From assembly GCF_009914755.1 (NCBI RefSeq), contig NC_060933.1: a stretch of DNA of 64,000 bases, one strand, 5' to 3'. The notes under the pieces were generated by a model. It worked only from the letters and a program-made list of their open reading frames with translations. It made no database searches and was not told where the DNA came from. Position numbers and translations under genes: made by a program. The DNA is from the human T2T-CHM13v2.0 reference genome, Homo sapiens. Positions 15,879 to 32,951 of this stretch are shown in pieces (the first letter of the stretch is position 1; every line of letters starts with the position of its first letter).

Positions 15879-16088
15879 CAAGGGTTGGAAAACTACAGTC
15901 TGGAGATAAAATCTGGCTAATTGTCTGTTTCTATAAATGAAGTTTTATTGGAACACAGCCATGTTCATTAATTCACATATTGTTTATAGATGCTTTTGTA
16001 CTATATTGACAGAGTTGAGTAGTTTCAACAGAGACTGCAGACACACAAACCCTAAGATATTTACTATCTGGACCTATACCAACCCCTG
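15879..16088 (+). mobile_element. MER58A hAT-Charlie MITE
   Basis: TIRs caagggttgg / ccaacccctg; core aagttttattggaacacagcc; cctagg on both flanks. Confidence 0.85.
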
Positions 16089-16800
16089 CCTAGGGAGAAG
16101 GGTGAAGCAAAAATGGATCAGTCTTCCTGAGGACCGAAATCCTGATTTGAATTGGCTTAAGCAGAGAATAGTTTTGTTTTGTTTTTTTTTTTTTAATCTG
16201 CCACTCTTCAAACTGCCTTTGGGGTTCAAAAGTAAATCCTCTTGAGAGCAAAAGAATTTTGTCATCTTTAGTCTCATCATCTCCACATTTTTCATATACA
16301 CTATTCAGCCATCCATAACAAATTGCCAATCACAAAGGAAATAGAAGAAATGACTGGAAACTCTAGAAGAATAAACTCATGAGGAAAAGAATAGAAATAG
16401 AATCAGAGGGGATTTTAAAAATAGCTGAAGAATTACAATAGAGAATTAGAATCTGTAAGTAAAATAATCAAATGAAATTTTAAAACTGTCAATTTAATAA
16501 CTTAATTTCGAACTCAAATGTTTTTACAGCAGATTAGATGCATGGGGGAAAAGATTAGTGAATTAGAAAATAGGTCAGAAGAAAACAACCATACTGAAGC
16601 ATGGAGAGAAAAAGCGATGAAAAATACAGAGATGAGCTTAAGAGAGATGGAGAAATGGAGCAAAGTCTAACAGATAGGCAGTAGTTCCCCTTGGAAAGGA
16701 GAGAATGGAGCTGAAGCAATATTTGAAAAGGCAATTGGTATACTAATTTTTCAAAATTAATGAAAGAAAGACATTATTCAAACGTTAAAGAAAAACTGTG

Positions 16801-17260
<460 letters not shown>

Positions 17261-17354
17261 TCAACTAAAATGATGAAAGTCTAAAGACAATGGAATTACA
17301 TCTTCAAAGGGCTAATATAAAACAATTGCCCATCTAGAATTCCATACTGAGTGA

Positions 17355-17658
<304 letters not shown>

Positions 17659-19913
17659 AACAAATTCTAAAAGAAGGCAAAATAAAGGCATTTCAGAAAA
17701 AAATGAAAGAAGTCTGAAAGTATGCGTCACAAGATCTACACCAAAAGAAACAGTAAAGGCAGAAAAAAATTATCTCATAAGGAAGCAAAGAAATGCAGGA
17801 AGAAAAGAAAAACATTGGACAATGTAAATATGTGGGTAAGAATAAATTCAATATTCACTGTATAAAACAATTATAGTAATATTTTAAAGAGTTTAGAATT
17901 ATAGTAATATTTTAAAGTTTAAAATATTATATATGGATAATTAAAATACATTTTAATAGTAACAAACTGAGGAGAGGCTAAGTAGAGAGAAGCTGTTTTA
18001 GGTTCTAAGATTGTCAGGGAAATGATAAAATTATCAATTTATATGATATTTTAACTGTATGTTGTAATTGCTATCATAACCACTAAAAGAATATCAAAAA
18101 CACTTATTTAGTATACAGCAGTAAAGAAATGAGAGGAAAAGAAGAAAATGTGTGACAAGTAGGAAACAAACATCAAAATAATAAATTTAAACCAGATGTA
18201 ACAGCAATTACATTAAACACAGAGACAAAGCACTTCGATTCAAAGACAAATATCATCAAACTGAATTTTAGAAACCAAAATGACAATATACTGCTTACCA
18301 GAGCACACCTTAAATATAATCATCGGAAGGTTGAAGGTAAAAGGATAGAAAAACATAAACATGCGAACACCAATCACAAGAAAGTTGGTGTAATATGCTA
18401 ATATCAAACAAAACGGACTACAAAACAAGAAGAATTACATGAGATTAAGATAAATATTTCTATATTAATAAGGGGTCAATCCTCTGGAAGATACATCAAT
18501 TCTAAATTTGTATGCACTAATAGCATAGCTTCTAAATATATAAAGCAAAAACTGAAAAGACTAGATGAAAAATGAGATAAATACACAGTCACAGTGGAAA
18601 ATTTTAACACATCTCTCGCAGCAACTCTAAGAACCAGCAGGAAAAAGTATGCAAAAATATAGAACGTTTGACCACCATGAGTAACAAACTTGACCTAATT
18701 AACATATATTAAATTGTTACCAACAGTGGTGGACTATACTTTCTTTTCTAGTACAAATGAAACATTTACCAAAATTGACCATCTGTTGAAGCAGAGTTTA
18801 AGTTCTAATAAATTTCAAAAGGTGGCCACTATAGAGTTATAGTCTGTGGTTACTTGAAAAATAGTCTAAAAACAATAACAAAGTAAAAACAATGCACTTC
18901 TATATAACTCATGGTAAAAGAAGAAATCACAATGTAAATCAGAATATATAATACTTTTAACTAAATGAGAATGAAAATATGACACTTTAAATTGTGAGAT
19001 TCAACTCAAGTTGTGCTCTAAGGAAATTTTATACCCTTAAAAGCGTTAAGTGTTAAAAAAAATACACACACATTAAATTCACCTAAAAAAAAGGTAGAAG
19101 GACAAATATAATAAACACAAGGCCAAAGTTAAAGATGAAGGAAACAAACACATATGGAAGAAATCAATAAAACAAAACTTGGATTTCTGGAAAAAACTAA
19201 TATAAGGAGTTTTGAAAACAATTCAAGAAAAAAAGAGACAGGAGAGAAAGAAGACATAGTTTACCAATATTAATAATGAAATCGTGACATAACTAGATTC
19301 TACGGACATTAAAAGATACTAACAACTTGGTTTTAATAAGTTTTAAATTTTAGAAGACATGGACACCACTAGGAAAATTCAACTTGCCAAAATTGGCAGA
19401 AAAAGAAATAAAAAACTAGACTAGTTTTGTATCTATTTAAAAATGAATCCATAGTTAAGTCCATAATTCCAAATATTTAAGAAATGTTAATTTTACACAA
19501 ATTATCCCAAAGAATAGAAAATGAGAGATTTCCCAAAAGTCTAAAGACAATGGAATTATATCTTCATTTTATGAATTTTATGAATCTAGCAAAACCTTAA
19601 TACCAATTAAACTAATACTAGTTTTTAAAACTAGTCCCAAGTCAAATTCAACAATTTATAATAGGATATTGCATAGCCACCAAGTAGGGCTCCCCCAAGA
19701 ATCAAAGTACAAATTAACATTCAAAAAGCAATCAGTTATAATTGATCATATTAATAAAGAGGAAAAATCCTATGATCACCTAGATAGACAGATATCAAGT
19801 AGTAAAACTACTTCAGAAAATCCCAAAGTTAATCATTATGTGAAATCTTAGTCAAGTAGAAATAGAAGACAACTTCCTAATTTGATGAATGGCATTTATA
19901 AAAACCAAATACA

Positions 19914-20283
<370 letters not shown>

Positions 20284-20307
20284 TCAGGAATGAGACCAAG
20301 ATGCCGG

Positions 20308-20612
20308 GTTTTTTTGTTTTTTTTTTTTTAAGATGGAGTCTTGCTTGGTCGCCCAGGCCGGAGTGCAGTGGCTGCAATCTTGGCTCACTGCAACTTCCGC
20401 CTCCCAAGTTCAAGCGATTCTCCTGCCTCAGCCTCCCGAGTAGCTAGGATTACAGGCATGTGCCACCACACCTGGCTAATTTTTGTATTTTTAGGAGAGA
20501 CGGGGTTTCACCATGTTGGCCAGTCTGGTCTCAAACCCCTGACCTCAGGTGATCCGCCCACCTCAGCCTCCCAAGGTGCTGGGATAACAGGTGTGAGCCA
20601 CCGTGCCCGGCC
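20308..20612 (-). mobile_element. AluS
   Basis: Dimer; TSD ccaagatgcc. Confidence 0.95.
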
Positions 20613-23589
20613 CCAAGATGCCTATTATTCTTATTCTTACTCAACACCACACTGAATCCTAACCAGAGTGCAATAAGGCAAGCAAAAGAAGTAGAAAGTA
20701 TAAATAAAGGAAAATAAAGAATAAACACTGTCTTTCCTCATAGATGACACAATTATGTGTGCAAAAAAAGCTCAAAGAATCTACAAATGAACTCAGGATA
20801 GTCAGTAAATTTAGCAAGTTTGCTGCATTAAGGTCAATAATACAAAATTACCTGTATTTCCATAAATAATCACAATTAAAAATCAAAAATTTAGAAATGC
20901 AATAGAATCAAAATATTAAATACTTAATGTGCCCTGGCTTACAGTCAAACCAAGAATCCAGTTTCTTTGATTTGGGGATCTTATTTTTTAAAGACATAAA
21001 ATGGAAAGGCAGTATTAAGAAATTAACCTAACAGATATTACATTAAACAGAGACCTATGGAATAATTTAGTGAAAACAGACATCTGATATTGGCTTATAG
21101 TTAAGTTTGATATGACTATTACAAAGGAGATGATATACTGATAAAAGTATGAAAACTAACTCAGAAAAATGCTCATGATACTCTGAGCTATTTTGACTGC
21201 ACAAAAACAGCTACAGCCCAACTTTATCCCAGGAACTCATCTTTGGCAAATTTTTCTACCTTACATTAGAAACCCATTTAGTTACAAACTTATTTTTCTG
21301 TATCATGACTTACAGCAGCCAGAGACACCTCTCAGCAAATTCAAACCTATTTTTGTAGCAAGCACTGACCTAACTTACAGCAAATTTTGCAGAATGAAAG
21401 AAATACTGAAATCCATAAGGACGTACCCCAAAGTATCTTAGCTATTCATAGGCAGGGTAGAGGGAAGGAGCGATTAACAGCAAGCAACAAAGAAAGCAAT
21501 TATGAGGAAATAGTAACAAACACTTCATTCCATTAGAAAAGAAAGCAAACACAATATTCTTTGCTCAAAAGAATGGAGAAGTGAAGGACCTCTTGCCAAA
21601 AGCAATTGCAGTGCATTAATATTAAATATGATCTAATGAAGTCAGAAATTGTTTGGGGAAAACATTCAACACAGTAAAGGCGTATTCTGCATGACAAATT
21701 CTTAACAGAAAAGAAGGGTCTTAAATCTTTTTTTCTTTTACATAGGATTGATTTTTTTCATATTGAAAAAAAAGTAAGGAATGAATAACAGAGAGAAAGA
21801 GGGAGGAGGAAAATGGAAGGAGGAAAAAGAAATACAACTTAGTTTACGTTTTTGTCTGAAGAGGTATAAAAAGAAGCCTCTTTTTATACTGCCTACTATT
21901 TTATTAACTGCCTACTATTTTCATAACTTTAAAATGTCTGAATTTAAGAATAAAGATTATCTTTGTGTGACAGAAGAAATAGTGAACACTCTGAGGTTGA
22001 GGAATCATTTTGGTTTTATAACTAGCAGAAACAATCACTTCTTCCCCCTACCCCTAGTATCTTCTTCCTAAGTGAAACAGCCCTCCGTCTTGGTAAGCAA
22101 AACAGGCAATGTAATTCCCTCTGGATTTTGTAACCATTTCAGGAGAGAGATGATTCACTCTTTGGGCAAGAGAGAGAGAGAGAAAAAAAATATCTGGCTC
22201 TGTTCCTTTCCTATTTGACCTCCTTAAAAGGATCTTTTTGAAGCTGTTAATCCAGGCTACTAAAATAGCAAGCAACTATTCTTTATTAAAGGTCAAATGA
22301 AACTACCAATAGGAAGGAGAGAGTTTGTTTAAATTTTAAAAACCTGGGATATTAGTTTTTCACTTAGTCCTAGGCTAAGAACAGTCGCTTTTCTTTCTCT
22401 CTTTGTCTTGTGGCTCCTGTCAAGGCCTTACACAAATAAAAGTGAAAGGCCATTTGGGTAAAGTGTGGTCTTGATCTAAGCATGCCTGGTAATCAGTGGC
22501 TGAAACCTCATTGCCAGCTGGTTCCCAGAAACACACACGCACACAAATACAAATGTGCACGCATACAATCCCCAATGTGATGATTCAGCAATTTAATGGA
22601 TCTTAAATTTGGCAGTAGTCCTCTAGCACACATCTCTGGAGAAATAAACGAATACAGGTGAGGACTCTGGCGGGTCTGTAACTGTTCACTTTTGGCACAA
22701 ACCCAGGGCATAACTAAGCACCAACTTTAGCCACCATGACTGTATGATGTGACTTTATGGAACATTCATGCCTTGGAAAATGAACACAAAAAAATCTTAG
22801 AATCAGATAGGGGGAGGGAGAAGCCCAAGAACAGGAGAAGGAGAAAAGAGAGAAGAGAAAGAAAGCAAAGAAACAAAGAAGAACCTCAGCAAAAATAGGT
22901 GGGCAAGGAAGGGGAGAAGCTAAAAGATTTTCTTTCCAAAACTCAGGGCCATTTATGATCTCATCTTTATGAGCACGTTCCCTTCTTACACAAATAATTA
23001 GAAAGTAATGCTACATAAGTACGTGCCTTTCCAAATGAAAGTGGATACTAATGATTTGTTTCCTGAAATTTCTAAGTTTGGGGGTATATCCTACTAAAAG
23101 GCAACAGCAAGACCTAGCTATTGTAAGAAGTATTAATTTTGAAAAGTGCAAATTATTTCTATTTTGTTAAATCCCCCACAAAGCCTGAACACATTTTGGT
23201 CATAGATGAGTCACCTGTTGACATTTATCCATGACTGTCCTGCTAGGGCCCAAAGCAGAGTGACGGGGGACATTATTAGAAAAACACAAGCACGTTATTT
23301 CTATGCTGGCAACATGACACATACCTCTAATTAGTATACAAATGATCTTTTTAACGACATCCGTAATAATCAAGTTCTACCTCAATGTTTGAATAAAATA
23401 ATATACCATAATGCAAACATTGATATGTAGCTACAGCTGTGTATAAGACTAAAAAGATTCAAATATGATTGAATTTAAATATGTATTTTTTAGATTTAGA
23501 GAAAAACATCAGCATGCATAGAAAAGAAATTTGGAGCAGAAAATGAGGTTGCTAGACTAAAGGTAAAGCTGATTAAAAAAATGAAGTTA

Positions 23590-24032
<443 letters not shown>

Positions 24033-24144
24033 TTATCAGGTGTCTTTTCAAGACTGATACAAAAAAAAATTTAGACTTAGTTGTATCTTTTTAAAATGAG
24101 AAACTAGTATATGTGTTTATTTCAGTAAAAATGATTATAATTAA

Positions 24145-24503
<359 letters not shown>

Positions 24504-24699
24504 ACCAAATACTATTTTTATTCCTCCAAATTTATAATTGTATCTGATCCTATTCCTTTCTGTACTAGTTTTTATTTTTCCTGATCTTGACCTTTTTTTT
24601 TTCTCTTTTATTATACTGCATGCACTTTTGTAAGCCTCCTCAAATATTTTATGGAAGAAGGAAGGGCAAACATAATAAAATAGATAGATAGATAAACCT

Positions 24700-25395
<696 letters not shown>

Positions 25396-25659
25396 AATAC
25401 ATTTATTTATTTACTTATTTATTTATATAACCAAATGGTGAAAATAAAAAGAAATGCTTGCAAAACACTAGGATTTCTTAAAGCTAAAAATAGGAGTTTG
25501 TTTGTTTTTTTTTAAACTAGAAGGAACAACGTCCAAATTTTACACATTAAGAATGTTAGAAGGATGGACTGAAGGGGACGGAAATTAAAGTATTATAGCA
25601 TTAACTGAATCAATACAGTCATAAAAATAGAGAGCACATAAACAATGTTGCAAAATTCC

Positions 25660-26690
25660 TTTTATGACAGTGTTTATCGAGGGCCTACTCTGTGCCAGGT
25701 ACTGTTCTAGGTACCAGAGACACAACAGTGAAGCAGTGCACACAACACAGAAAGTCTCTTTTCTCATGAAGTTACATCCTGGAGTGAGGAAGCAAGAGGG
25801 AAGAGGAGGCTCCTGATAGGTAGAAAGAGAGATGACGAGATACTATAGATGAAACAAGCATTCCAGAAGGAGGGAACGGCTTATGTAAATCATCAAGAGT
25901 GGAAAGAGTTTGGCATATTTGAAAAGCTGAAAGGCTCTTGTGTCTGCAACACAGTGGGAAAAGGGGGAAATCTTACCAAGGGATGTGAGAATAGGCAGAG
26001 GAGAGATGACGTGGTGGTCTCTAGGGGTAGAGGTAGGATGCTTGGATTTTGAGTGAGACAGGTTTGAAGCCGGAGGTTGAAATGACCTGACTTACAATTT
26101 ACAAGGTCATTCTGAAGACTTCATGGCAATAGGTTTTATGGAGGAGATAGGGCAACAGTCAGGCAGCTAAGACAGTAGTCAAAGAGAGGCAGAATGGAGG
26201 CTTGAACTGAGTCACTAGCAGTGATCATGGAAAATGTAGAGGGAGTCATGTTATGTTCTAGATGGAGGGTCAGCAGGACTGCTGATGGATTTGCAGAAGG
26301 CAAAGGAAAGAATCATGTATAACTCCTAGATGATGGCTTTTAAGCAATTGGGTGGTTTACTGAAATGAAGAAATTGGAATAAAAGCAGGTTTGGAGGTAC
26401 AAGAAACTAAAAGGTTCTACTGCAGCCGTGTTAAGGATGTGGTACTAATTAGACAAGCATGTGAAGATGTAACGTGGGCTTGGATATAAATCTGGAATTC
26501 TAAAAAGAGGTCACAGTTGGAGATACAGGCAGTCATCAGCCTGTGTATAATATTTAAAGTCTTGGAACTAAACAAAGTCACTTAAAGATAGCAAAAAAAG
26601 AGAAAAAGGACAAGTTTTAGGCACCCAACACTTAGCAACTGAGCAGAGGAAAAGGAGCTAACAAGTAAGATGAAGGAAGAGTAGGCCCAA
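25660..26690 (-). mobile_element. L2 fragment
   Basis: tttatcgagggcctactctgtgccaggtactgttctagg and L2 body. Confidence 0.75.
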
Positions 26691-27109
26691 CTTTTTGCAT
26701 ATCAAGGAACACATTGAAAGTGACCTTTTTTTACTTTTGAGCACGGTGGGCTCAGAGCCATACACAGGGCCTTCTCCAAGAACCAAAGGAATCAATATCT
26801 TGGCCCACCTGAAATCCATTTACAGCACACCAGCATGCCCAAGCATGATGCATTCTAGGATACAGCCACGGGGATGAAAAGCAAAGTACAATCAAATTGA
26901 TGAAGTACTTAGCTCATAGAAAATGTAGAGTTTTTTGGTACAATGTTTATACTAATATATTGTCCACTGAGGTCTAATTATGATGCTTTTAAAGACTCTT
27001 TCAAGTCTCAGCCATAAATATCTAGTCTCATGACATCTGGAAACAGACATTTGCTAACATTTCTTATGGCAAAGATGTGCATAAAATATCGGCATTCTTT
27101 CAAGACCTA

Positions 27110-27431
<322 letters not shown>

Positions 27432-27442
27432 GATTGTCCCTA

Positions 27443-29916
27443 GGTGGCTGGCAAGATGATCAAATAGGAACAGCTCCGGTCTGCAGCTCCCAACAAGATC
27501 AATGCAGAAGGGGGGTGATGTCTGCATTTCCAACTGAGGTACCTGGCTCATCTCATTGGGACTGGTTAGACATTGGGACTGGTCAGCCCAGCCATGGAGG
27601 GTGAGCCAAAGCAGGGTGGGGTATCGCCTCACCCAGGAAGCACAAGGGGTCGGGGAACTCCCTCCCCTAGCCAAGGGAAGCCATGAGGGACCATGCCATG
27701 AGGAACGGGGCATTCCAGCCCAAATACTATGCTTTTGCCATGTTCTTTGCAACTCACAGACCAGGAGATTCCCTTGGATGCCTACACCACCAAGGCCCTG
27801 GGTTTCAAGTGCAAAACTGAGTGGCCATTTGGGCAGACACTGAGCTAGCTGAAGGAGTTTTGTTTTCATACCCCAGTGGCGCCTGGAACGCCAGTGAGAC
27901 AGAACTGTTCACTCCCCTGGAAAGGGGGCTGAAGCCAAGAAGCCAAGTGGTCTAGCTCAGTGGATCCCACCCCATGGAGCCCAGCAAGCTAAGATCCACT
28001 GGCTTGAAATTCTCGCTGCCAGCACAGCAGTCTGAAGTCAACCTGGGATGCTTGAGTCCGCCATTACTGAGGCTTGAGTAGGTGGTTTTCCCCTCATAGT
28101 GTAAACAAAGCTGCAGGGAAGTTCAGACTGGGCAGAGCCCACCACAGCACTGCAAAGCTGCTGTAGCCAGACTACCTCTCTAGATTCCTCCTCTCTGCAC
28201 AGGGCATCTCTCAAAGAAAGGCAGCAACCCCAGTCAGGGGCTTATAGATAAAATTCCCATCTCCCTGGGACAGAGCACTTGGGGGAAGGGGCGGCTGTGG
28301 GAGCAGCTTCAGCAGATTTAAACGTTCCTGCCTGCTGGCTCTATCCCCATTGAATCTGCTATCCCTATTGAATCCCCACCTGAGAAGAAAGCTACCACTG
28401 ACTTTCTTCACAAAATTCAAAAAAACTACTTTAAATTTCATATGGAACCAAAAAAGAACCCGTATAGCCAAGACAATCCTAAGCAAAAAGAACAAAATGG
28501 AGGTATCACGCTACCTGACTTCAAACTATACTACAAGGCTACAGTAACCAAACAGCCTGGTACTGGTACCAAAACAGACATAGACCAATGGAACAGAACA
28601 GAGCCCTCAGAAATAATGCCACACATCTACAACCATCTGATTTTTGACAAACCTGACAAAAACAAGCAATGGGGAAAGGATTCCCTATTTAATAAATGGT
28701 GTTGGGAAAACTGGCTAGCCATATGCAGAAAACTGAAACTGGACCCTTTCCTTACACCTTACAAAAATTAACTCAAGATGGATTAAAGACTTAAACATAA
28801 GACCTAAAACCATAATAACCCTAGAAGAAAACCTAGGCAATATCATTCAGGACACAGGCATGGGCAAAGACTTTATGACTAAAAAACCAAAAGCAATGGC
28901 AACAAAAGCCAAAATTGACAAATAAGATCTAATTAAAGAGCTTCTGCACAGCAAAAGAAACTATCATCAGAATGAACAGGCAACCTACAGAGTGGGAGAA
29001 AAATTTTGCAATCTATCCACCTGACAAAGGGCTAATATCCAGAATCTACAAGGAACTTAAACAAATTTACAAGAATAAAACAAACAACCCCAACAAAAAC
29101 TAGGCAAAGGATATGAAGAGACACTTCTCAAAAGAAGTGGCCAACAAACATATGGAAAAAAAGCTCATCATCACTCATCATTAGAGAAATGCAAATCAAA
29201 ACCACAATGAGATATCATCTCATGCCAGTTAGAATGGCAATCATTAAAAAGCCAGGTAACAACAGATGCTGGAGGGGATGTGGAGAAATAGGAACACTTT
29301 TACACTGTTGGTGGGAGTGTAAATTAGTTCCAGCATTGTGGAAGACAGTGTGGCGATTCCTCAGGGATCTAGAACAAGAAATACCATTTGATCCAGCAAT
29401 CCCATTACTGGATATATACCCAAAGGATTATAAATCATTCTATCATAAAGACACATGCACACATACACTTATTGCCGCACTATTCACAAAGACTTGGAAC
29501 CAACCCAAATGCCCATCAATGATAGACTGGATAAAGAAAATGTGGCACATATACACCATGGAATACTATGCAGCCAAAAAAATAAAGGATGAGCTCATGT
29601 CCTTTGCAGGGACACTGATGAGGCTGGAAACCACCATTTCTCAGCAAACTAACACGGGAACAGAAAACCAAACACCACATGTTCTCACTCATAAGTGGGA
29701 GCTGAACAATGAGAACACATGGACACAGGGTGGGGAATATCACACACCGGGGCCTGTTGGGGATGGGGGCTAGGGGAGGGAGAGCATTAGGAGAAATACC
29801 TAATGTAGGTGATGGATTGATGGGTGCAGCAAACCACCATGGCACGTGTATACCTATGTAACAAACCTGCATGTTCTGCACATGTATCCCAGAACTTAAG
29901 GTATAATTTTAAAAAA
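27443..29916 (+). mobile_element. L1PA7/8-like element with a large internal deletion: 5'UTR (27443-28342) joined to the ORF2 C-terminal part and 3'UTR (28389-29916)
   Basis: Start ggtggctggcaagatg; ORF2 peptides [39 protein letters not shown], frameshifted; 3' end catgtatcccagaacttaa. Confidence 0.93.
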
Positions 29917-30161
29917 GTTCTAAAAATGTGCATCAAAGTGATGATTATTTACAGCACCCAAAAATCCAAAGTAACATGGTAGCTGCTTATAAAGAGAACC
30001 CTTTCTAAAGAGAACTGCCCATATTATGAAAATAATGCTAAAGTTATTTTATAGGAACAGAGAAAACAAGTCCTTTTAGGTTTGATGTTACTACATAACT
30101 GGAAAACCATAAATTCTAAGTTTGAATTCAGTGATGACAGCAAAATTTGACTTGATTCCTC

Positions 30162-30463
<302 letters not shown>

Positions 30464-30605
30464 TACTTGATTTCTTTTTTGTATTTACTAACAATTCAGG
30501 AGCTTTTAAAAATTGACCTATTACTCCAACATAGTTTTTACCTCTGAACATTTGAGGTACCTCTTTAAAAGGCAGATTCCCTATTTAACCATCCTTTAGT
30601 TCCGT

Positions 30606-30997
30606 GATATGGTTTGGATGTGTGTCCCCTCCAAATCTCATGTTGAAATGTGATCTCCAATGTTGGAGGTGGGGCCTGGTGAGAGGTGTTTGAGTCAGGG
30701 GGGCCAATCCCTCATGAATGGCTTGGTACCCTCCCTGTAGTAATGAGTTCACCTGAGATCTGGTTGTTAAAAAAGGTCTGGGACCTCCCCAGTCTCTTGC
30801 TCCCTCCCTTCCCATGTCATATGCCAGCTCCTCCTTTGCTTCCTGCCATGCATGGAAGTTTCCTGAGGTCCTCACTAGAAGCAGATGCCAGCACTATGCT
30901 TTTCCTACAGCCTACAGAAGCATGAGTGAAATAAACCTCTTTCTAAATTACCCGATCTCAGATATTCCTTTACAGCAACACAAAACAGACTAATATA
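30606..30997 (+). mobile_element. MST (MSTA/B) MaLR solo LTR
   Basis: tgatatggtttggatgtgtgtcccctccaaatctcatgttgaaa...aaacagactaata. Confidence 0.9.
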
Positions 30998-31317
30998 GTC
31001 CTTCTTGCCAAAGCTATTTAGAGAGTGTTCCATCTCCCCTCCACATACATACACACACATATGCATTGGCAAAAGGTCTCCAGAGCCCTCTTTCCACCAT
31101 AAGAAGCCCCCTATGTCTTCTACCTCCCAGGGTTTAATGACTCTGGCTCTTTTATGACAGTAACAGTATTGGCAGGCTTCACAGGTAGAAGCTCTTCATC
31201 CTCTCACATTCCAGTTTCCAAGAGATAAGGAAGTGATGCCCACATTCTGCCAGCTTCCCAATGCCACTTCAAGCCTAACCTCAAGAAAAACATCTGATGT
31301 TAAGAAAAGCAAAATCC

Positions 31318-31432
31318 AGCCAGGTGCAGTAGCTCGCACCTTTAATTACAGCACTTTGGGAGACTGAAGCCGGTGGATGGCTTGAGCCCAGGAGTTCAAG
31401 ACTAGCCTGGGCAATATGGTGAGACCCCCCTC

Positions 31433-31463
<31 letters not shown>

Positions 31464-31465
31464 GC
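31318..31465 (+). mobile_element. Alu left monomer (FLAM_C-like) with long A-tail
   Basis: Single arm followed by about A26. Confidence 0.85.
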
Positions 31466-32951
31466 AAAAAAATTTAAAGAGAAAGAAGCAAAATCTTTTA
31501 CCATTGTTCATTTTTTGGTAGCTCTGCAAACTAAAACCAAGATAATTAACAAAAGGGTCTGCATTCCTTCTAATTCCCTAAATCTGAATATCATTGTTAT
31601 CACTACCAATAACAGTCATATCTTTGTGCCAATGTATTTGTTTCATATTATTTTACTATTTGTAGAAAATTATGATAATGAGCTGCTTACTGACTACATT
31701 TCTTTTCTACTAAATAACGCATGTATTTTCACAACAATTAACCAAACTTCTTAGTTTACAAGATATTTAAACAAAATATTCTCTAGTGCTTGGCTGCACC
31801 ACACATTTGTGCTGTTGAACAACTTTCCTCTTGGCTGAGATCCCCAATTACCTTCATTTTCCTTCTGCTCTGTCACAAAGATAAATGGTTGTGCTTACTT
31901 AGTTTAGTTGAGGGCACAGTTTCCCATAGAGCGTTTTTACCGACATTCATTGCCAGGAAAATATTTAAGGCAGGTTTACGAAGGCCATCAGTTCTAAACC
32001 TTTACAAGAATTATACACTTCTTGGACCTTTTCCCCTCCAAACTGTGGAAGAGACAGAGGAATTGAAGGACAGAGTCCTTAAAAGAGTTGAGTCAACATA
32101 CTTTTGGTCTTCTTTTAGAATTATTTCAATCTGTTCATCACTGTTTTTCACTTTCCTGTGTTAAATACTTTTGAGAAAATTCTCTGTCTACCGTGTTCAA
32201 AATGGATTGGTGGTGCGGGGAGGGAAATGCTTTATACAAAAACCAGAACAGTGTCCTCTGTAAGTCAATAATGGAATTTCTGTGGTAATTTTGTGGTTCC
32301 AAAGTCGACTGACAATTTCTAGCTTGAAAACCACTCTTTGGAAGCAGGTGGCTCCACTGATCGAGATGAAAGAGAGATTACTAGAGTAACTGATGATGGT
32401 GTGTTCAGGACCCCAGGGCTTGAAACAGTTTGAGTGAAGACAGAATATGTTACAAGACAGGGGAGCAAAGGAGGTGACATCTGACTATAAAAGCCCTGAC
32501 ACAGTATCACCAAAATGAAGGGTACGTATTTTGCCATCCAAACAGTATGGTATAAACCAAGCATGGAAGAGTATCAGCAGATATTTCAACCTGGGAACTT
32601 GGCATTCTCGTCCCTATCATGCTGTCTTGGGGCAAGAATCACCTCTGGTAGTGATTAAAATTGCCAGAGGTGCTATTCCAGCTTCCTAACAGAGGTGCAG
32701 CAGTTCCATTTAATATTCTTGTCTAGTGAAACAGCAAAGGCCCCTCATGCCTATTTTTAAATGCACATTTTTAATATTCAGTATAATGCTACTCTTTAAC
32801 AAACTCTTTACTCCCTGCCTCTCTGATGAAGCTTCCCGTGGTCTTTAAAGAGATTGTTAACCCAAGAATGGATCGCATTCTTTCTACATGAGCAGGCTGG
32901 GAGACACTCCATTAAGCCTTCCAGTATTTAATAGGAAGAGCCATCTCTCAC

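Noticed and set aside
17869-17917. 21-bp direct repeat aattatagtaatattttaaag
   Set aside because: Ordinary slippage duplication; similar ones at ~769, ~4458, ~33811, ~33959 and ~57240; not an array with spacers
28442-29773. L1 ORF2 C-terminal ORFs as functional genes
   Set aside because: Frameshifts and stops; EN and RT are deleted
32884-32951. Exon 4 read-through (ERWLFLLNTG...)
   Set aside because: Strong GAG|GTGAGA donor and no supporting evidence for a terminal exon
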